64,000 nt of DNA from Bacteroidia bacterium (GCA_965249955.1 OZ252261.1:852852-916851), one strand, 5' to 3'. Positions 39,056 to 49,257 are shown, numbered from the stretch's first letter. Translations and numbers: made by a program. The notes: a model not told the origin generated them from the letters alone.

Positions 39056-40813
39056 TTACTTCACCCTAAGTTTTTGCCCTACACTAATGGCAGCATCACC
39101 CAAATTGTTCAGCTTTTTAATATCGTCTACCTTCACACTATATTTACGCGATATGGCATATAAAGTTTCGCCCTTTTCTACTGTATGGTATACAAAATTG
39201 GTAGTTACCGCCTCAGTAGTTTTGCTTTGTGGCTTTGTAGCTTTTGATACCATTAACTTCTGCCCAACGCTAAGCGCAACATCGCCCAAATTGTTCAGTT
39301 GTTTAATTTCATCTACGCCCATATTGTACTTTTTGGCAATGGCGTAAAGTGTTTCGCCTTTTTGCACCTCGTGATAAAAATTAGTGCTTTCGGTATCGGG
39401 TTGCTTTTCTTTAAAATTTTCGTTTATAATCAATTTCTGCCCCACACTAAGGGTATAATCACTAAGGTTATTCAGTTGTTTCAATTGGTCAACACTTTTG
39501 CCATACTTACGGCTAATGGCAAATAAGGTTTCACCGGCTTGCACAGTGTGGTACTCTACATTGTCCAACTGTTTTTTATCTATACTTAACTCTTTGTTTT
39601 TCTCTTCAATAGTAACATCGTAGCTATTGCCTCCCCTTTCCTTCTCCACATACTCAGGCTCTTTTTTAGTTTCTTTTACAGGTTTGGTTTTCTTGTCTTG
39701 AATAATATCTACCTCTTGGGTTTCTTGCGTTTTTGGTTGATTTATAACACTTTCAACATCAATACTATTGCTATTATTGGGCGCAATTATCACCGCAGGT
39801 TGTTCTTTGTATTCGGGCTGTTTGCTTGCAGGGGCTGGCACTGCCAATGCAATTTCATCTCCTGCTTGGCGCAATTCGGGTGGGGTGCGGCGTTTACGGC
39901 GCATATACACCACTTGCCCAATGGCAGGTTCGGTACCTGCTTCCATACGGTTTTTCTTGTACAAGTGTTTTAGCTTTATACCGTAGGCTTGCGATATGCT
40001 GTGCATGGTTTCGCCCACCGCTACAGTATGGTATGCCTCGCTGCCTTTACGGTGCTTGGGCTTTAGGTACACAATTGTTCCAGGCACAACATCGCTGCCC
40101 TCGTTCAAATCGTTATATTTATACAACTGCTTTGGGCGTAAGTTATACGCTTGTGCTATTGATGTAGGGTTTTGCCCGTCAATTACCTTAGTAGCCAATA
40201 TGCCGTTAAACTTAAAAAAATCGCTCTTCTTTTGCAGTATTGGGTCGGGTTTGGGCGCATCAGGCACAGGACTATCTTTTGGTTTGTTGTGTTTTATGCG
40301 TTCCTTTTTATCCAGTTTATGCAATTCGTGGCGTTCTATTAACGATATTAATATATCAGCATATTTAGGATTGGTAGCATAACCTGCCTTTTTTAATCCG
40401 TGCGCCCAGCCTTTATAATCGTTGGGTTCTAAATCAAACAAAAAAGCATAGCGATTATTCTCCAACAAAAAAGTCGAATGGTCTATATACGAGTCTTTGG
40501 CCGTTGGATAACCGCGAAAACACTCGTGTAGCTCATCATCATCAGCATATATGGTAGTACCTGTCCAATTTTTCTTACATTTTATACCAAAATGGTTATT
40601 TCCATCAGTAGCTAATCGGCTATTTCCATTTGATGATTCTAAAATACCTTGTGCCAAAGTGATACTGGCAGGTATTCCTGCCCTTTCCATTTCACTCACC
40701 GCAAGGTCTTGATACATCTCTATATACTCATGCACGGTCATCTTGGTTTTTTGGGCAAAGCCCATTACCACCCAAATACACAGTGCTACAAACAGAATTA
40801 CTTTTTTGTGCAT
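39056..40813 (-). CDS. Peptidoglycan hydrolase: N-terminal glucosaminidase (mannosyl-glycoprotein endo-beta-N-acetylglucosaminidase) domain plus 4-5 C-terminal LysM repeats
   Basis: GIPASITLAQGILESSNGNSRLATDGNNHFGIK; four near-identical YHTV.KGETLYAIS.KY...LNNLGD...SVGQKL LysM units; likely start at MHKKVILF (40813). Confidence 0.8.
   Translation of the reverse strand: MHKKVILFVALCIWVVMGFAQKTKMTVHEYIEMYQDLAVSEMERAGIPASITLAQGILESSNGNSRLATDGNNHFGIKCKKNWTGTTIYADDDELHECFRGYPTAKDSYIDHSTFLLENNRYAFLFDLEPNDYKGWAHGLKKAGYATNPKYADILISLIERHELHKLDKKERIKHNKPKDSPVPDAPKPDPILQKKSDFFKFNGILATKVIDGQNPTSIAQAYNLRPKQLYKYNDLNEGSDVVPGTIVYLKPKHRKGSEAYHTVAVGETMHSISQAYGIKLKHLYKKNRMEAGTEPAIGQVVYMRRKRRTPPELRQAGDEIALAVPAPASKQPEYKEQPAVIIAPNNSNSIDVESVINQPKTQETQEVDIIQDKKTKPVKETKKEPEYVEKERGGNSYDVTIEEKNKELSIDKKQLDNVEYHTVQAGETLFAISRKYGKSVDQLKQLNNLSDYTLSVGQKLIINENFKEKQPDTESTNFYHEVQKGETLYAIAKKYNMGVDEIKQLNNLGDVALSVGQKLMVSKATKPQSKTTEAVTTNFVYHTVEKGETLYAISRKYSVKVDDIKKLNNLGDAAISVGQKLRVK
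39060..39560. repeat. Nucleotide-level tandem repetition (units of about 130-140 bp) encoding the LysM modules
   Basis: Repeated blocks such as ctgcccaacgctaagcgcaacatcgcccaaattgttcag; they explain the spurious repeated antisense ORFs (39033-39347 + etc.). Confidence 0.7.
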
Positions 40814-41049
40814 ACTATACCCTATAACGAAAAAATTAAGTTCAAAAATATCTATGCGCAACTACTAACAGCGGGGCTAGTTGTGCACTTATCAACACTT
40901 AATACCTTATTGGACAAAAAGGTAAAAAAACAGCACAATAAAAAAATTGGTTTGGATTTTGGTATTGAAATGCTGAATATCACACATTGAACCCTTTTTG
41001 GGTGTGTGTTTTACCTTAAATTTGTGCCACCAAAACATAAAAACGTATT

Positions 41050-43218
41050 GTGAGAAGATTACTTTTTGTTTTAGCCGCTGCTATATTACCCCTTATCACT
41101 TTTGGTCAACTAGGTCAGCAAAAGATGATACAGCCTCCTACTTGGACTACATCTGTTTCTAAAACCAATGTAAAGGTGGGCGATGAAGTGGAATTGATTT
41201 TTAAAACCAATAATATACCCGGCAACTGGCACGTATACTCGAACGATTTTACTACCGAAGGGCCACTAAAAGCTGAGTTTACCTACGAGCCTTCAAAAGC
41301 ATTTAAGCTGCTTACACCAATGCCCAAACCTGTGGGGCAGATAAAAGAATACGACGATGTGTGGGAGGGTGATGTTACTTTTTTTAAGCACAAGGCAGAG
41401 TTTAGGCATAAAATTAAAATACTAAGTACCAACCCTGTTATAAAGGTAAATATGTTTTACCAAATGTGCGATCAATCGTGCGTGCAGTTTGACCATGATT
41501 ATGTGTTTGAAATAAAAACAACAGGTGGGGGAAATACTATTGTAGAACCCACTACTCCATCTTCTGAAAACATAGAGACATCAGTAAATACTACTGAAAC
41601 AGTAAATGATGACAGCATAGCAAAGATTGATTCTACAAAAGAAGCAAATACTTCTGTTGCTGTTGATACAAACGGTTACCACAGTACATCAATACTTGAG
41701 GGCGGTGAGTGCAAGGTGAAACAATTTGCAGGTGAAGACGGAATTGTTGAAACCAAAGAAGAGGATGATAACCTGCTACTGTTTTTTATAGTAGCATTTC
41801 TTTCAGGCTTGGTCGCTTTGCTTACGCCTTGCGTATTCCCCATGATACCTATGACGGTTACTTTCTTTTTAAAAGGAAGTGGCAGCAAAGCCAAAGGCTT
41901 ACGAAACGCCATACTTTACGGTACTTTTATTGTTCTTATTTACACAATAATAGGCACCATTTTCGCCGTAGTATTTGGTGCTGAGTTTGCCAACCTTTTA
42001 GCTACAAACCCTACCGTTAATATAATATTCTTTATAGTCTTCCTAATCTTTGCCATGTCGTTTTTCGGTATGTTCGAGATTGTACTACCCAGTAAATTTG
42101 TAAATAAGGTTGATAAACAAAGTGACCGTGGAGGTTTGGTAGGTGTGTTTTTTATGGCACTAACTCTTGTGCTGGTTTCATTCTCGTGTACAGGCCCCAT
42201 TGTAGGCACTATATTGGTTGAAGCTGCAAAAGGCGGAGTTGTTCGCCCTATAATAGGCATGGCTGGCTTTTCATTAGCTTTTGCACTACCCTTTACCCTA
42301 TTTGCTATATTTCCAAATTGGCTTCAAACCCTTCCAAAATCTGGCGGATGGCTAAACAGCGTAAAAGTTGTTTTAGGTTTTGTTGAGTTAGCATTGGGCT
42401 TGAAATTTTTAAGCACTGCCGACCAAGTTGAACATTGGCACATACTTGACCGCGAAATATACATTGCTCTTTGGATAGTAATTTTTGCCTTGATGGGCAT
42501 CTATTTGTTGGGCAAACTAAAATTCTCTCACGATAGTGATATGCCATTTTTAGGAGTTCCGCGCCTATTTATGGCTATAATTACTTTTAGCTTTGTAGTA
42601 TACCTTATACCTGGTATGTGGGGTGCATCGCTACCCGGTTTGGCCGGATATTTACCCCCAACAACAACCCACGATTTTAATTTACCTGCAATGATAAGAG
42701 GCGAAGGAGTAGGTAATTTGTGTGAGAAACCTAAACACGCTGATTTTTTGCACCTTCCACACGGACTAAAAGGCTATTTTGATTATAACCAAGCCGTAAA
42801 ATGTGCTAAAGACCTTAAAAAACCTTTGTTTATTGACTTTACGGGTCATGCTTGTGTAAACTGCCGCAAGATGGAAGAAAAGGTATGGGCTGACAAGCGT
42901 GTGCTTGAACGGTTGGAGAAAGATTTTATAGTAGTAGCATTGTATGTGGACGATAGAACCGAACTGCCTGAAAGCGATTGGCGCACATCTAAATTGGATG
43001 GCAAGGTGAAAAAAACCATAGGAAAGATAAACGCCGATATACAGATTTGTTATTTTGGTAGTAATGCACAACCCAATTATTGCTTGCTGGATAATAATGA
43101 GGAGTTGTTAGCTGAGCCACGTGGCAGTAATTACAATGTGAATGAGTTTATTGAGTTTTTGGATGAAGCAAAAAAACTGTTTAACAAAAAAAACGGTATA
43201 AAAGAAAAGAATAACTAG
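41050..43218 (+). CDS. dsbD: Thiol:disulfide interchange protein DsbD (N-terminal DsbD-alpha, cytochrome-c-biogenesis-type TM core, C-terminal thioredoxin-like domain)
   Basis: TM core ALLTPCVFPMIPMTVTFF; C-terminal FIDFTGHACVNCRKME (CxxC); 722 aa. Confidence 0.8.
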   Translation: MRRLLFVLAAAILPLITFGQLGQQKMIQPPTWTTSVSKTNVKVGDEVELIFKTNNIPGNWHVYSNDFTTEGPLKAEFTYEPSKAFKLLTPMPKPVGQIKEYDDVWEGDVTFFKHKAEFRHKIKILSTNPVIKVNMFYQMCDQSCVQFDHDYVFEIKTTGGGNTIVEPTTPSSENIETSVNTTETVNDDSIAKIDSTKEANTSVAVDTNGYHSTSILEGGECKVKQFAGEDGIVETKEEDDNLLLFFIVAFLSGLVALLTPCVFPMIPMTVTFFLKGSGSKAKGLRNAILYGTFIVLIYTIIGTIFAVVFGAEFANLLATNPTVNIIFFIVFLIFAMSFFGMFEIVLPSKFVNKVDKQSDRGGLVGVFFMALTLVLVSFSCTGPIVGTILVEAAKGGVVRPIIGMAGFSLAFALPFTLFAIFPNWLQTLPKSGGWLNSVKVVLGFVELALGLKFLSTADQVEHWHILDREIYIALWIVIFALMGIYLLGKLKFSHDSDMPFLGVPRLFMAIITFSFVVYLIPGMWGASLPGLAGYLPPTTTHDFNLPAMIRGEGVGNLCEKPKHADFLHLPHGLKGYFDYNQAVKCAKDLKKPLFIDFTGHACVNCRKMEEKVWADKRVLERLEKDFIVVALYVDDRTELPESDWRTSKLDGKVKKTIGKINADIQICYFGSNAQPNYCLLDNNEELLAEPRGSNYNVNEFIEFLDEAKKLFNKKNGIKEKNN

Positions 43219-43227
43219 GGAAGAGAG

Positions 43228-43800
43228 ATGGAAATTATACGTAAGAATTTTTTAGAAGCGTATCAGGTATTGCAAAATTTCCTGAGTGATGATGATAATA
43301 TAAAAAATATAGTTAGCGCAGGCGATGTTATGGTAAAAAGCCTAAAAAAAGGCAAAAAAATAATATCGTGCGGTAACGGCGGCAGTATGTGCGATGCTAT
43401 GCACTTTGCCGAAGAACTAACAGGACGTTTTAAAGATAACCGCGACCCTATTGCGGCTATTTCAATATCCGATCCTTCGCATATATCGTGCGTTAGCAAT
43501 GATTACGGATACGAGTTTGTATTTTCGCGCTTTGTGCAAGCCTTAGGTAACGAAGGCGATGTTCTTTTGGCTATCAGCACCAGTGGCAACAGCAAAAATG
43601 TACTTAACGCTATTGAGGCCGCCCACAAAAAAGGCATGAAGGTTATAGGTCTTACAGGTAAAGACGGTGGTAAAATGACCGAGTTGGTGGATGTAGAAAT
43701 ACGCGCCCCACACAGTAAATATGCCGATAGAGCACAGGAGATACATATAAAGGTAATCCACTCACTAATGGATTATATAGAAAACGGATTGCGCAAATAG
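43228..43800 (+). CDS. gmhA: Phosphoheptose isomerase (SIS domain)
   Basis: [20 protein letters not shown]; [27 protein letters not shown]; 190 aa. Confidence 0.8.
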   Translation: MEIIRKNFLEAYQVLQNFLSDDDNIKNIVSAGDVMVKSLKKGKKIISCGNGGSMCDAMHFAEELTGRFKDNRDPIAAISISDPSHISCVSNDYGYEFVFSRFVQALGNEGDVLLAISTSGNSKNVLNAIEAAHKKGMKVIGLTGKDGGKMTELVDVEIRAPHSKYADRAQEIHIKVIHSLMDYIENGLRK

Positions 43801-43845
43801 TCTGTTTCTTGTTTTTAGTTTAGGGTTTAAAGTTGTGCGGAGGAA

Positions 43846-43895
43846 GTCATTCCCTTTTAGCAATGGAATCTGTGCGATTGACAAAATCATCACAA
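43846..43895. repeat. C-box repeat copy C2 (gtcattcc...ggaatctgtg...acaaaatcatc), truncated relative to C1
   Basis: Read directly. Confidence 0.6.
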
Positions 43896-43902
43896 ACATA
43901 CT

Positions 43903-43955
43903 AGCGAGCGGACGCTCTTTTATTTCAGGCACAAGCGGACGCTTGAGCCAGCCCC
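43903..43955 (+). repeat. B-box repeat copies B1a/B1b (agcGAGCGGACGCTCtt; ggcacaaGCGGACGCTTGAGCCAGC)
   Basis: Homologous to 44165-44212 and 59061-59106; contains the hairpin GAGCG-GA-CGCTC and the palindromic GCTCGAGC. Confidence 0.65.
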
Positions 43956-43958
43956 GTC

Positions 43959-43979
43959 ATGCTGAACTCGTTTCAGCAT
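43959..43979 (-). repeat. A-box hairpin copy A3, inverted orientation (loop CTCGT is the reverse complement of ACGAG)
   Basis: Flanks gtc...ctcaatc are the reverse complement of gattgag...gac. Confidence 0.8.
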
Positions 43980-44068
43980 CTCAATCTGTATTAACTATTA
44001 TTAGATAAGGAGATTTAGAAATAAATTTGGGATCTCAATATGTATAAACTAAAGTATTTGGCAATGAG

Positions 44069-44089
44069 ATGCTGAAACAAGTTCAGCAT
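44069..44089 (+). repeat. A-box hairpin copy A4 (perfect stem), forming an inverted pair with A3 89 bp away. Followed by the hairpin tcccgaa-agca-ttcggga (44114-44131).
   Basis: Read directly. Confidence 0.8.
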
Positions 44090-44164
44090 GACCGCACAAA
44101 TCCCATCATTGCGATCCCGAAAGCATTCGGGACGAAGCAATCTTTTTGTGTAGATTCAATAAGT

Positions 44165-44212
44165 AGCGGATGCTACAATATTGTTCAGCACGAGCGGGAC
44201 GCTCGAGCTAGC
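44165..44212 (+). repeat. B-box repeat copy B2 (AGCGGATGCT...cagcacGAGCGGGACGCTCGAGCtagc)
   Basis: Near-identical to 59061-59106. Confidence 0.7.
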
Positions 44213-44230
44213 TAGTAAAGTATCGGGCAA

Positions 44231-45127
44231 TTAAAAAATACCCAATATTTTTTTGCGAGGCTTTTTCACTAATTCTTTTAGTACAAAGCTTTTATTGTAA
44301 CGGTATTCACAAGGCCAAGTATGGTTTTCGCGAGGAGTTTTCATATCCAAATTACCAATAAAAGCACCTGTTTCATACAATGCTATTATGCGACCTGTTT
44401 TAGCCTCCATTAACATTGTACCCTCAACAGCAGCTACACCGCTATGCACCATTTCTATACCCAAAGCTTTCATCACCCCATTTACAGCATAATAGTTTTG
44501 TGCCGGCGAGGTGTAGTTTATTCTGGTGCAGGTATACCCCAGTGTATCAACCATGCCTGCATATTGCCATTGGCGTTGATAGGTATATACTAATTCAAAA
44601 CCTGTATTTAGTATTGTATCGGTATGTTGGCTAGTCCAAATAGGATTGTCTGAAGTACTGTTCAGCGTATAAATAAGCTGCTTTGCAGTATTGTAAAAAA
44701 ACCTAAAATCTCGTAATGAATACTCAGGGTTCAGCATAGCTAGCGTGGGGCCTAAATACTCTCCCTGCCTGTTGTATTGCAGTATAATTTTTACCAATGG
44801 TGTTTTACCCCTGTTGCTAGCAGTATCTTTAATGCCCTTAGGTTTAAAAATACTATCGATACGAGTGTAGTTTTTTTGGTGATAGTCTACTTGCAAATAG
44901 TTGCGTTTTTTTTCAAGTATATCTTGCGCTATTTCGGCTTGCATGCAGGTTACTACCTTTTCTACCGCCTTTATACTATCCACACTTTGGTCTACCCAAT
45001 AGTTTTCGTTTACCGCGCAGGTATAAACAGCGGTGTGGTTTTTGGGCAACCTAAGCTTGTTAGGTTGTTGTCCGTAAACGCATATCGCACAATAAATAAA
45101 AAACACACTAAAAAAATACTTCAACAT
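44231..45127 (-). CDS. Hypothetical secreted protein (298 aa)
   Basis: Signal peptide MLKYFFSVFFIYCAICVYGQ; no family recognised. Confidence 0.4.
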   Translation of the reverse strand: MLKYFFSVFFIYCAICVYGQQPNKLRLPKNHTAVYTCAVNENYWVDQSVDSIKAVEKVVTCMQAEIAQDILEKKRNYLQVDYHQKNYTRIDSIFKPKGIKDTASNRGKTPLVKIILQYNRQGEYLGPTLAMLNPEYSLRDFRFFYNTAKQLIYTLNSTSDNPIWTSQHTDTILNTGFELVYTYQRQWQYAGMVDTLGYTCTRINYTSPAQNYYAVNGVMKALGIEMVHSGVAAVEGTMLMEAKTGRIIALYETGAFIGNLDMKTPRENHTWPCEYRYNKSFVLKELVKKPRKKILGIF

Positions 45128-45217
45128 CTCTACTCTAAAAACAAAAAACGTGTAACAGGCAAAACGTGTGTTTTGCCTAAAAATTGTACTGCTGCAATTT
45201 TAAAAAACTATTTCTAG

Positions 45218-46621
45218 TTATATCTCAAAACTTTGCCCTTTTTGTGGGGTTTCTATTTGGGTAATTCCTGCTTCAATAAGGTTGTTCTTCAAGGCCATCA
45301 TGCTGGTCTCTTCGCCGTGAACTAAAAATACCTTTTTCAGCTTAGGGCTATTGGCCTCACTTATGTATTTTATCAATCCTGTATTATCAGGGTGGGCACT
45401 AAAAGCATCAGTTTTGTGTACGCTGGCGTGCACGGGCATATCTTTCCCTTTTATAGATAGGGTTGATTGACCTTGCAACAAGCGGTAGCCCAATGTTCCT
45501 TCTGCACAAAAGCCTGCTATAAGTATATGCGATGATGCGTTGCTAATATTAGCGCGTATATGTTGTTGTATACGTCCACCCTCAACCATACCTGCTGCCG
45601 ATATTATCACACAGGGATCCGGCTCGTATTTTAGCCAATCGCTATTTTTAGCATCTTCTACAAACTCAAGGTTTTCAAACTCAAACAAATCTTTATGCCT
45701 TCTATACATATCTTGTGCCTCTTGGTTAAGGCTATCAACATATTTATGGTGGTAACGAGCTGTTTTTATAGCCAAAGGACTATCGGCAAATATTTTTACG
45801 TTGGGCAAACGCCCTTGCCTATACAATTGATGGAAAGTAAAGGCTATGGCATGGGTGCGCCCTACACTAAATGCAGGTATTATAAGTCTGCCTACGTTTT
45901 CAACACAGGCCAGATTAATATAGTGTAGCAGCTCATCCGTGGGGCTACGTTGCGCAAGGTGAGTACGGCCACCGTAAGTACTTTCAGAAATCAGGTAATC
46001 CAATTCGCCCATTGGTTGTGCATCGGGCACAAGTTGGCTGTTATAGTTACCCAAATCACCTGTAAAACCTATACGTAGTTCTTTTTCGCCATCTTGTACT
46101 TTTAGCAACACACTGGCTGCACCCAAAATGTGTCCCGAATTAAAAAACTCCATCTCTACACCATCTGTAATACGGAATTTTTTATTCAAAATAACCGGCA
46201 CCATACGGTCTACAGTTTCACGCAAGTGTTTGTAGCCAAAGGGCATTTTTTTACTGCTGCTGCCTTTGCCTCCTTTACCCCTATTGCTTTGGTTGCGTTC
46301 CATCTCCATTATATTAAGGCTATCTATAAGCAACAAGCCTGTAATATCGGCAGTGGCAGGGGTGCAAATAATTTTGCCCCTAAAACCTTGTTTTACCAAC
46401 GAGGGTAAATTACCGCTATGGTCTATATGTGAGTGTGTAAGTATTACCGCATTTATATCTTGCGGGTGGAAAGGAAATTCCACATCGCCTAAGCTACCAA
46501 ACCTTTTTTGCTGTTCGTAATCCAACCCACAATCTATCAATATCGTATATCCGTTGGGCAATTGTACCATGTGCATACTGCCCGTAACCTGCCTTGTGGC
46601 TCCCCAAAATGTCAATTTCAT
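45218..46621 (-). CDS. MBL-fold metallo-hydrolase of the beta-CASP family (RNA-metabolising, RNase J/CPSF-like)
   Basis: HSHIDHSG (HxHxDH) at the N-terminus; beta-CASP and RMMBL-like C-terminal region; 467 aa. Confidence 0.75.
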   Translation of the reverse strand: MKLTFWGATRQVTGSMHMVQLPNGYTILIDCGLDYEQQKRFGSLGDVEFPFHPQDINAVILTHSHIDHSGNLPSLVKQGFRGKIICTPATADITGLLLIDSLNIMEMERNQSNRGKGGKGSSSKKMPFGYKHLRETVDRMVPVILNKKFRITDGVEMEFFNSGHILGAASVLLKVQDGEKELRIGFTGDLGNYNSQLVPDAQPMGELDYLISESTYGGRTHLAQRSPTDELLHYINLACVENVGRLIIPAFSVGRTHAIAFTFHQLYRQGRLPNVKIFADSPLAIKTARYHHKYVDSLNQEAQDMYRRHKDLFEFENLEFVEDAKNSDWLKYEPDPCVIISAAGMVEGGRIQQHIRANISNASSHILIAGFCAEGTLGYRLLQGQSTLSIKGKDMPVHASVHKTDAFSAHPDNTGLIKYISEANSPKLKKVFLVHGEETSMMALKNNLIEAGITQIETPQKGQSFEI

Positions 46622-46706
46622 CGGCGCAAAGGTAAGTGTATTTTAGTTTTCAGCATTTAGACATTGTACATTTAACAATTACCATTTTAGATTGATGATT
46701 TTAAAA

Positions 46707-46890
46707 CAGATGTCTGACATCTGTATAAAGTAATAGGTATCAAGTATAAAGATAAAAATACTGCGGCTTTCTACCCAGACATCAGGCATCTAGTATCTGA
46801 CATCCGCAGAAAGTAATAAGTATCAAGATTAAAGATAAATACTAAAATACTCTTCACCTCACATCCCGTCCCACACATCTCACATTCAAG
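46707..46890. repeat. D-box repeat region: two tandem units of about 80 bp (46707-46762 and 46791-46850) including the perfect palindrome CAGATGTCTGACATCTG, plus a terminal tcccacacatctc module. Lies in the divergent MBL/fumC promoter region.
   Basis: Read directly; homologous modules at 53055-53185. Confidence 0.7.
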
Positions 46891-46939
46891 CTCACTAACA
46901 ACTATTTACCTCTACTAATGAATACTAAAGGCATTTTGT

Positions 46940-46947
46940 TACCTTTG
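46940..46947 (+). promoter_or_regulatory. Candidate -7 promoter box TACCTTTG 32 nt upstream of the fumC ATG
   Basis: Read directly; identical octamer also at 8156-8163 and 12581-12588. Confidence 0.35.
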
Positions 46948-46978
46948 CGCCACCGATAAAATTTTAATACAAAACCAC

Positions 46979-48379
46979 ATGGAATATAGGATAGAACGCG
47001 ATAGTTTGGGCGAAGTACAAGTTCCTGCCAATGTATATTGGGCGGCACAAACCCAACGTTCGTTGCAAAACTTTAAAATAGGCGGCACTGCCGATAAGAT
47101 GCCTATTGAGATAATTCGTGCTTTTGCCATTCTTAAAAAAGCGGCTGCACTAACCAATGCTGATTTGGGTGTATTGCCTGCTGAAAAGGCTGAGCTTATT
47201 GGTAAGGTGTGCGACGAAATTTTTGATGGTAAGCTTGACGACCAATTTCCATTGGTAATTTGGCAAACAGGCAGCGGCACACAAAGTAATATGAATGTGA
47301 ACGAGGTAGTTGCCAACCGTGGCCATGTAGTACAAGGCGGTAATTTACTGGATGAAAAGAAAGTATTGCACCCTAATGATGATGTAAACAAATCACAATC
47401 GAGCAACGATACTTATCCTACGGCTATGCACATTGCGGCTTACAAGCAAGTGATGGAAATAACCCTACCCGGTTTAGAATTGTTACACAATACTTTAGCC
47501 CAAAAAGCCGAAGAGTTTAAAGATATAGTAAAAATAGGTCGCACCCACTTTATGGATGCAACTCCATTAACACTGGGACAAGAGTTTAGCGGATATGCTC
47601 AACAACTTACCAATAGCATACGCGCCATAAAAAATGCGCTTGTAGCCATTAGCGAATTAGCACTTGGCGGTACTGCCGTTGGCACGGGTCTTAATGCACC
47701 TGCGGGTTATGCTGAAAAAGTAGCTGAAAAAATCGCTCGTCTTAGCGGATATCCATTTGTTACTGCTCCTAATAAATTTGAAAGCCTTGCTGCCCACGAT
47801 GGTATGGTAGAGCTTAGTGGTGCTTTGAAACGCGCTGCCGTTGCCCTTATGAAAATAGGTAACGATATACGTATGCTTAGCAGTGGCCCCCGTTGTGGTA
47901 TTGGTGAGATTGTTATACCTGACAACGAGCCGGGCTCATCTATTATGCCGGGTAAAGTAAACCCTACCCAACCCGAAGCACTAACTATGGTGTGCGCGCA
48001 GGTAATGGGTAATGATGTAGCTGTAAGCATTGGCGGTAGCAACGGCCATTTTGAGCTGAACGTATTTAAGCCTCTTATTGCTGCTAACGTATTGCACAGT
48101 GCCCGTTTAATTGGCGATGCTTGTGTATCTTTTAATGATAATTGTGCGGTGGGCATTACCCCCAACTACACTGATATTAAAAAGAATCTTGATAACTCAC
48201 TAATGCTAGTTACCGCGCTTAATACCCATATTGGGTACGATAATGCAGCCAAAATTGCTAAAAAAGCACACAAAGAAGGGACTACCCTTAAACAAGCCGC
48301 TATTGATTTGGGCTTGCTTACTTCTGAACAGTTTGACCTTTGGGTTCGCCCGGAGGATATGGTGGGCAACCTAAAATAA
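46979..48379 (+). CDS. fumC: Class II fumarate hydratase
   Basis: [13 protein letters not shown] signature; 466 aa. Confidence 0.9.
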   Translation: MEYRIERDSLGEVQVPANVYWAAQTQRSLQNFKIGGTADKMPIEIIRAFAILKKAAALTNADLGVLPAEKAELIGKVCDEIFDGKLDDQFPLVIWQTGSGTQSNMNVNEVVANRGHVVQGGNLLDEKKVLHPNDDVNKSQSSNDTYPTAMHIAAYKQVMEITLPGLELLHNTLAQKAEEFKDIVKIGRTHFMDATPLTLGQEFSGYAQQLTNSIRAIKNALVAISELALGGTAVGTGLNAPAGYAEKVAEKIARLSGYPFVTAPNKFESLAAHDGMVELSGALKRAAVALMKIGNDIRMLSSGPRCGIGEIVIPDNEPGSSIMPGKVNPTQPEALTMVCAQVMGNDVAVSIGGSNGHFELNVFKPLIAANVLHSARLIGDACVSFNDNCAVGITPNYTDIKKNLDNSLMLVTALNTHIGYDNAAKIAKKAHKEGTTLKQAAIDLGLLTSEQFDLWVRPEDMVGNLK

Positions 48380-48401
48380 CACTGCCATATACTGTATATA
48401 T

Positions 48402-48440
48402 AAGCCGTTTACTGCAAGCAGTAAACGGCTTTACTTTTTA
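48402..48440 (+). terminator. Terminator-like hairpin AAGCCGTTTACTGC-AAG-CAGTAAACGGCTT followed by a T-rich tract
   Basis: Read directly, 23 bp after the fumC stop. Confidence 0.6.
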
Positions 48441-48598
48441 AATATAATACACTGAATAAAAGAAAGATAGAAACAAAAACACCTCTAAATATTAAGCACA
48501 GAATTACCTGCCAAAAGATTAATAGTATAAAAAAAATTAACTAATAATTCTGATGGGATTGATAGAAAAATAATCAAAAATTAGTTTCCTAACTACTG

Positions 48599-48970
48599 TT
48601 AGTTATCAGGTCGATAATTTCCTCCTGTTTGAAGCATTACAAGCGATGCTGAGATTGACCGTATGGTATCTTCCTGCTTCTCTATAATACGTTGTTGGTT
48701 TACAATAATTTCATGGTACAACTTCCTTTCAGATAAAGTCATACCATCCCCGTCGTCATCGGGGTCGTCCGTCAAACCCAATAATTGGGGCAACGGAACG
48801 TCTAAAATCTCAGAAATCTGTTGGAGACGGCTGATAGAAGCCTCCGATATCTGATTTTCGATCTTGGAATACGCTTGTTGCGTTATTCCCAGCTTTTCTG
48901 CCATGTAGTCCTGACTAAAAGATTTAGCCATTCGTAGGCGCCTTATTTCTTCAGCAATTAGCATCACCAT
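48599..48970 (-). CDS. XRE-family helix-turn-helix transcriptional regulator (123 aa)
   Basis: EEIRRLRMAKSFSQDYMAEKLGITQQAYSKIE. Confidence 0.6.
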   Translation of the reverse strand: MVMLIAEEIRRLRMAKSFSQDYMAEKLGITQQAYSKIENQISEASISRLQQISEILDVPLPQLLGLTDDPDDDGDGMTLSERKLYHEIIVNQQRIIEKQEDTIRSISASLVMLQTGGNYRPDN

Positions 48971-49257
48971 AGATTACAACCCTAAATAGTTGCTTACAAA
49001 TATAAGTTGTGGTAATTAAAAAACGTTAGGTATTAACTTGCACATGAAACATAAGTACTATCAAAACCATTTGCAATGGCTTGAGAGAAGCTTTAATGGT
49101 TAAAACATGTGCGCCCTACAATTGCAATAGCTTAGGCTAAAAACTACCGACAAAAGGCTGTTTAATTTTATTAAGCAGCCTTTGCTTTGACAAAGTTTGC
49201 AAGTTTAATAAAATCATAGACCTTTCATCTAACTTCTTTTCGTCTACCTACACAAAT

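Noticed and set aside
39033-39347. A plus-strand ORF with duplicated FCPTLxAxSPKLFS peptide repeats.
   Set aside because: It is the antisense reading of the LysM-encoding tandem DNA repeats and is an artefact of the repeat structure.
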